Below, piece by piece: positions 30,881-35,502 of a stretch of DNA of 35,502 bases. Origin of the DNA: Malassezia furfur (Eukaryota). The stretch lies in the NCBI GenBank assembly GCA_052055015.1, contig JBQJIT010000074.1; one strand, written 5' to 3'. Each line of letters starts with the position of its first letter. The first letter of the stretch is position 1. The position numbers and the translations under genes are program-made. The notes under the pieces are model-generated. The model had not been told where the DNA came from. It was given only the letters and a program-made list of their open reading frames with translations, and made no database searches.

Positions 30881-32111
30881 CTATGGGGCCGCAAGGCGTT
30901 CGAGCTGATCGATCGTTGTGCGGAAGCGCGCGATGTTGAAGTCCTGTACTGTCAGCCGGCGTAGTCAACGTACCAGAATGCCTTGGTTGTAGGCGTAGAT
31001 ACTTGTGCGCACTGTGGCAAAGAGCGCGAGATGGCTGCGTCAGAGTATGCACGTACCTGTTCAGCTGCCAAAAGGCCACCGACGTGTCCGACCCAAGGCG
31101 CACGACGCTCGCCGACCATGTACGCATTGGCTTTGCCGTATCGGCGGTGGAAGCCATGTAGAGATCGGAAAATTCGGTGAGAAATTTCGTGTACTGGAAC
31201 ATCACGTCAAACAGGGGCAAATCGAACGGCGACGTATCACAGCCCACAAACGTGCGACTGGGTACGTCAAAGATGTACGCCTTCTCCAAAGAGCATGAAG
31301 AGCATAGTAGGTTGCATGCCTGTTCCACGGCATCGTGCAGACTGATTCGCTCTTCTGGCGGCTTGTCCTGTTCATCCTCCTGTCCAGATTCAGGTTCCTC
31401 GGGCGTAGCCTCCATCTTCCGCTCGTCCTGCATCAGCCGCTGCTGAATGCGCGAGAAGGCCACAAACACGCTCGACTCAAACACAGAGGTCAGATGGAAC
31501 CGCAACTTAACCTCGGCTTCCAGCCGGAACGGTTCAGTCGAAGAGGGGTCTTGAAACTCGTGCGAGGAATCAATCAGTTCTTCGTGCACGCGTTGCTCAA
31601 TGTCGCGCTGGGTGTCGTACTTGTAGTCGTCGCTCAGTCCATCGACCTTGTTGATGAACACATGAAAATGGATGTCTGGATTGCTGCGGTACCCCAATAA
31701 TATGACTTGGTTGAGCTTCGATAGCGCATCAAAGTAGTCGTCCTGTGCATCGACCACGAAGATGATTGCATCCGCTTCTGCCCAGGGGATGTCCAATCCA
31801 GAATCGCCTGTGGCTGATGTCGGACCCGCGCCGAACGTGTTGGGCGCAAGATCCTGAAGCGCACTTCCTGGCACATCCCAAATCTCAAGACGCTGGAATG
31901 TCTTCACCTGGTGCTTTTGTATCCGCGTTGTCGGCGCCAGGAAAAGGGTATCATTGGGCTGGAAGGATTGGTATACGACTTTGCAGAGACTGGATTTTCC
32001 CGCCCGGCGCGGTCCCAGCAGAAGGATCTTGTGGGCCGTATTGGGTTTGGAGGATGGCGCGGCCCCCCTCGAAGCTTCGCCGGCCCCCTGACGCTGGCTA
32101 AGCGCTGCCAT
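30881..32111 (-). CDS. GTR2: Rag GTPase Gtr2 (RagC/D); exons 32111-31057, 31034-30974, 30943-30881
   Basis: KILLLGPRRAGKSS..PNDTLFL..IWDVPG, IFVVDAQDDY, VFINKVDGLSDDYKYD, FHLTSVF, LEKAYIFD. Introns of 22 and 30 nt give the C-terminus GILDFNIARF. Confidence 0.92.
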
Positions 32112-32752
32112 ATTCGCGCGAGACTGGCCCCAGCTATCAAGGCACTCGTGAGGGGATGCCCTGCTTAGTCAGATAACCCGTGGGGAAGGTAGAAGTGTGG
32201 AGTGCACAAGATACGGGCTAATTCGACCCTAGTGCGCGCGTGGCTTGGAGGGGCGTCAGGCTTTGATAAAGCTGCAACCCAACCCAGAACCACAACAGGC
32301 CCTAGCGTGGTCATTTGTAAACGCGAGCCGCGAAATGTGTGGCGGTGGTTCGAGCGTGATTGGGAATTAGTGTGTGTATAGGAGTATGGACGCATTCTGC
32401 GTGCCTATGACTTGGGCCGGTTGTACCTGTACTCAAATGGACACCTTGAGACTATGACGTAGATAGAGTGCGGCAGAGCAGAGGGGTGGTTGGCCCTTGA
32501 TCATAGTTGGTGCCGTAGTAGGATTTTAGAATAGGTGTACGACATTTGACGGGAGGAATCTCGCCCGGCCGCATTCTACCACGGGAAATGTGCACGTTTC
32601 CCGCATCCTCTCCTCCGTGGGATGCGGAACCACCGCGGCGACACCTGGCGCACGGGGCACCCACTCGGCGGCGTGACGCTGAATTTCGAAATATTTTCTA
32701 AATTCGGCGATCCGCACCTTGGCGACCCACCGCCTGTGGATTCATTAGGACA

Positions 32753-33498
32753 ATGTCGGCGCGAAAGAAAGTCTTGCTGAAGGTGCGTTTCCCGTGTATC
32801 GCAGGACAGCATACTAACACAACCCTTTGCAGGTCATTGTACGTATTATCCGCTAACTCCAAGATTCTAGGTGACTCAGGGTATGTCCATCTATGTACTC
32901 ACGCAGTGTCGGCAAGACATCGTTGATGAATCAATGTGCGTGGTAAATTGCTCACACAGACGTCAACAAGCGTTTCTCTGCAGCATACAAGGCGACGATC
33001 GGTGCCGACTTCCTTACGCGCGAGGTTATGGTGGATGGCCGCTTGGTTACGATGCAGCTGTGGGATACGGCGGGCCAGGAGCGTTTCCAGTCGCTGGGTG
33101 TTGCGTTCTACCGAGGCGCAGACTGCTGTGTGCTTGTGTACGATGTGAATAACCCGAAGTCGTTCGAGGCGCTCGACAGCTGGCGCGACGAGTTCTTGAT
33201 CCAGGCGAGTCCGCATGACCCTGACAACTTCCCGTTCGTGGTGCTGGGCAACAAGATCGATATGGAAGAGAGCAAGCGCGTGGTGTCGCAGAAGCGTGCG
33301 ATGACATGGTGTCAAAGCAAGGGCAACATTCCCTACTTTGAGACGTCTGCAAAGGAGGCCATCAACGTCGAGCAGGCGTTCCAGACGATCGCCAAGAACG
33401 CCTTGCAACAGGAGGCGGAGGCGGATCTCTACGCAGACTACCCTGACCCCATCAGGATTGACTCGGCAAACCCGAGATCCTCAGGGTGCAACTGTTAG
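32753..33498 (+). CDS. YPT7: Rab7 GTPase; exons 32753-32782, 32833-32838, 32864-32880, 32907-32935, 32960-33498
   Basis: Spliced N-terminus [45 protein letters not shown]. Also [31 protein letters not shown] and C-terminal CNC. Confidence 0.96.
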
Positions 33499-33511
33499 AT
33501 GTAGAACGCGA

Positions 33512-34693
33512 TCAAATCCCTGCAGCCTTCTTAACCTCGTCAGCAAAGGACACGCCCTCGTCGCTGGGCGTGTTCGTCTCGCCGACCTCCCAGCGACGCA
33601 AGCCGACAACCTGTACGCTGTCGGGCGCATCACCAAACGACTGACCCCATGTCTGTAGCATTTCTTGCACCGTCGATTCCTCCGACGGCTTTTCGACGCC
33701 CGCGCTTGGAAGGAGCATTGCAAACGGCTGCGCCAGCAGTGCGGTGCTGGGCTCGTCGGACGCGGCTCCTTCCTCAGCATGGATGCATGTCGTGGGGAAG
33801 CCAGCAGCTTGGCGAGCGAGTGAGCGCAGCAGCGCGCGCGAGGCGGCGTGCATGGGATCGTTGGCATCCACGCGTTGCGCCGCTTCAGCGACGCGACCGG
33901 CGAAGCGCGCAAGGAGCAGCGCCGCGACGCGGCCGCTCGCAAATGTGGCCTGTGTCGGAGCTGCAGGGGGTGCAACTGAGGCGCCTGCACCATGCGCAAA
34001 CGAGCCCGTGACAAGCGTGCTCTTTGGCTCGTTCTCGCACAGGACGCATGCGGCGCGGGTCAAGGCAATCTTTTCGCCAAGGCGCGCTACCACCTCGGTG
34101 ATGGCGGAGCGTACCGTGCGAACATCAGTAGACGCCGTAGTCGCGGTGTCATAGGGCATGAGTGGGCAGTCGAGGAGGTTGTCGGGTGTGACGTCCTGGA
34201 CGACCTCCTGACCGGTTTCTTGGGCAAACACAGGGTACCACGCGACGGTGTGTGCAATGTCGCGCGCGAGAGCGCCGAAGAGCTCGTTGCGTGCGACAAA
34301 ATCGGTTTCGCAATTGAGTTCGACGATGCCCGAGCGCGCCGTCGAAGCCTGCAAGCCGTCGGCCAGGGTGCACAGACCAATGATGCCCTCCGAGGTGGTG
34401 CGCGAAGCGACCTTTGCGACGCGTTTTGCGCCCTCCTCCTTGCGGTTCTGTTCGAGCCATTGGATGGCGGCCGCAACGTCGTCCGTGTCAGGGGAACTGG
34501 GTGAGCGCGAGGCGACGAGAGCCTCGCGTGCCTTGATGAGCGAGGTGCCAGGCACGGCGCGGCGGAGCTCGGCGATGGCCTGAATCGAGGGGCGTGCCGG
34601 CTCACAGGTGCGTGCCGAGGTGGTGAGGAGGCGCGGGGTGTTTGCGCGCGCGATTGCGCGCGCCGCAAGCGGCAGCCGCAGTCCACGGAGCAT
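33512..34693 (-). CDS. TSF1: Mitochondrial translation elongation factor Ts
   Basis: Mitochondrial presequence MLRGLRLPLAARAIAR, UBA-like IAELRRAVPGTSLIKAREAL, RTTSEGIIG, signature ELNCETDFVARN, LGEKI, RRWEVGE. Confidence 0.92.
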   Translation of the reverse strand: MLRGLRLPLAARAIARANTPRLLTTSARTCEPARPSIQAIAELRRAVPGTSLIKAREALVASRSPSSPDTDDVAAAIQWLEQNRKEEGAKRVAKVASRTTSEGIIGLCTLADGLQASTARSGIVELNCETDFVARNELFGALARDIAHTVAWYPVFAQETGQEVVQDVTPDNLLDCPLMPYDTATTASTDVRTVRSAITEVVARLGEKIALTRAACVLCENEPKSTLVTGSFAHGAGASVAPPAAPTQATFASGRVAALLLARFAGRVAEAAQRVDANDPMHAASRALLRSLARQAAGFPTTCIHAEEGAASDEPSTALLAQPFAMLLPSAGVEKPSEESTVQEMLQTWGQSFGDAPDSVQVVGLRRWEVGETNTPSDEGVSFADEVKKAAGI

Positions 34694-34784
34694 GAGCGAG
34701 CGCAAGCGGAGGAAGCAGGGCGTCCTTCGCGGTGCAAATCACGTGGATCTTTCTCCCGAGTTGGCGACACTCCACGCGCGGCCG

Positions 34785-35502
34785 ATGAGCGAGGCAACCT
34801 TGGAGCGGCTCGGCGCGGCGCAGAAGCTGATCGCCAAGTGGTGCCAGCCGGGCGCGCTGGCGCTGCCGGACATCAAGGCACGGCTGCGTACGTTGCAGTG
34901 TTTTTTTGCTGACGCAGCTCCGCGCGATGCGCCGTACAAAGAGCACACGCAGGCGGACGACCCATGGGCGTCCTTTAGCGTGCTGCGGCGCCTGCCGATC
35001 CCGAGTACCGTGTTTGAGACGATCACAAGCCGCGCACCCGTGGCGACACTGTCGCTCTTCCCTGCGATCGGGCGCGCGTGCATCACGGTCGAGAACCGCG
35101 TGTATTTGTGGGACTATGCGAACGGGCAGACCGCGTTTGAGTTCCACGAGCTGCCGGACGACCAGGTGGTGTTGGCCGCGGGTCTCGTGGCTGCGAAACC
35201 CGGCGTGTTCATCCCCGAGATTCAGCATGTCCTCGTGTTGTCCACCGGTGCGAACGCCGTCGAGGGCCGGCGCGTGTCGATCCTCGGTGTGTCGCTGACC
35301 GCCGAGGGCGGCGTCAAGCTGTACGAGACCGCGATGAGCGCCAACACCAATGGTGTCGTGATGCGCGACGTGCAGGGCACCGATGCCGGGCGTGTGTTCA
35401 TGGTCGGTAGCGACTCGTGCGTGTACGAGCTGGTGTACCAGGCGACCGAGGGGTGGTTCAGCTCGCGGTGCTACCTGTACAACGTGACGCTGCCGCGCCT
35501 GT
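34785..35502 (+). CDS. Nucleoporin Nup170/Nup157 (Nup155 family), N-terminal part; probable intron 34888-34917
   Basis: LSLFPAIGRACITVENRVYLWDY..AKPGVFIPEIQHVLVLST..GTDAGRVFMVG..VYELVYQATEGWF match the Nup155/170 beta-propeller pattern. The frame runs off the window end. Confidence 0.88.
   Translation, partial: MSEATLERLGAAQKLIAKWCQPGALALPDIKARLRTLQCFFADAAPRDAPYKEHTQADDPWASFSVLRRLPIPSTVFETITSRAPVATLSLFPAIGRACITVENRVYLWDYANGQTAFEFHELPDDQVVLAAGLVAAKPGVFIPEIQHVLVLSTGANAVEGRRVSILGVSLTAEGGVKLYETAMSANTNGVVMRDVQGTDAGRVFMVGSDSCVYELVYQATEGWFSSRCYLYNVTLPRL

Noticed and set aside
10893..33408. Apparent frameshifts and premature stops in CDC31, SLD5, GAL1, CAB2, MMM1, TMA22, GTR2 and YPT7 suggesting pseudogenes, programmed frameshifting or an alternative genetic code
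   Set aside because: Each break coincides with a GT..branchpoint..AG micro-intron whose removal restores the conserved protein under the standard code.
1..35502. Prokaryotic operon, CRISPR array, transposon, tRNA/rRNA or biosynthetic gene cluster
   Set aside because: The genes are eukaryotic housekeeping genes with spliceosomal introns. I saw no repeat-spacer array, terminal repeats, transposase/RT motifs, cloverleaf or rRNA-like sequence, and the neighbours are functionally unrelated.

Overview
This is eukaryotic (fungal) DNA: a very compact, GC-rich basidiomycete chromosome segment whose gene content, density and tiny introns fit a Malassezia-like yeast (the genus is inferred, not proven). 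I reconstructed 27 protein-coding genes, two of them cut by the window edges: membrane protein, Whi5/Nrm1-like protein, Don3/Sid1-like kinase, aminopeptidase P, SAH1, Som1-like, PPR-like, centrin, TFIIA-gamma, PAS-GATA factor, Ctf8, Sld5, galactokinase, ArfGAP, hypothetical, Swc4, Cab2, Iec1-like, LYR protein, peroxisomal SDR, DnaJ, Mmm1, Ash2/Bre2, glyoxal oxidase, Tma22, Gtr2, Ypt7, mitochondrial EF-Ts and Nup170 (29 models in total including the two partial ones). I found no tRNA, rRNA, transposon or CRISPR. The notable biology is the expression architecture. I hand-predicted 36 spliceosomal introns with a median of 24 nt (30 of them are 21-26 nt). They lack a polypyrimidine tract and have an almost fixed branchpoint-to-3'SS spacing. 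One intron, in TFIIA-gamma, restores the conserved frame only if spliced at a non-canonical GT...GG site. There are also 6-nt and 9-nt microexons, stop codons that abut or overlap, divergent promoters of 34-91 bp, and a recurrent CACGTG motif in the minimal intergenic gaps. All exon-intron structures were derived by eye and need RNA-seq confirmation.
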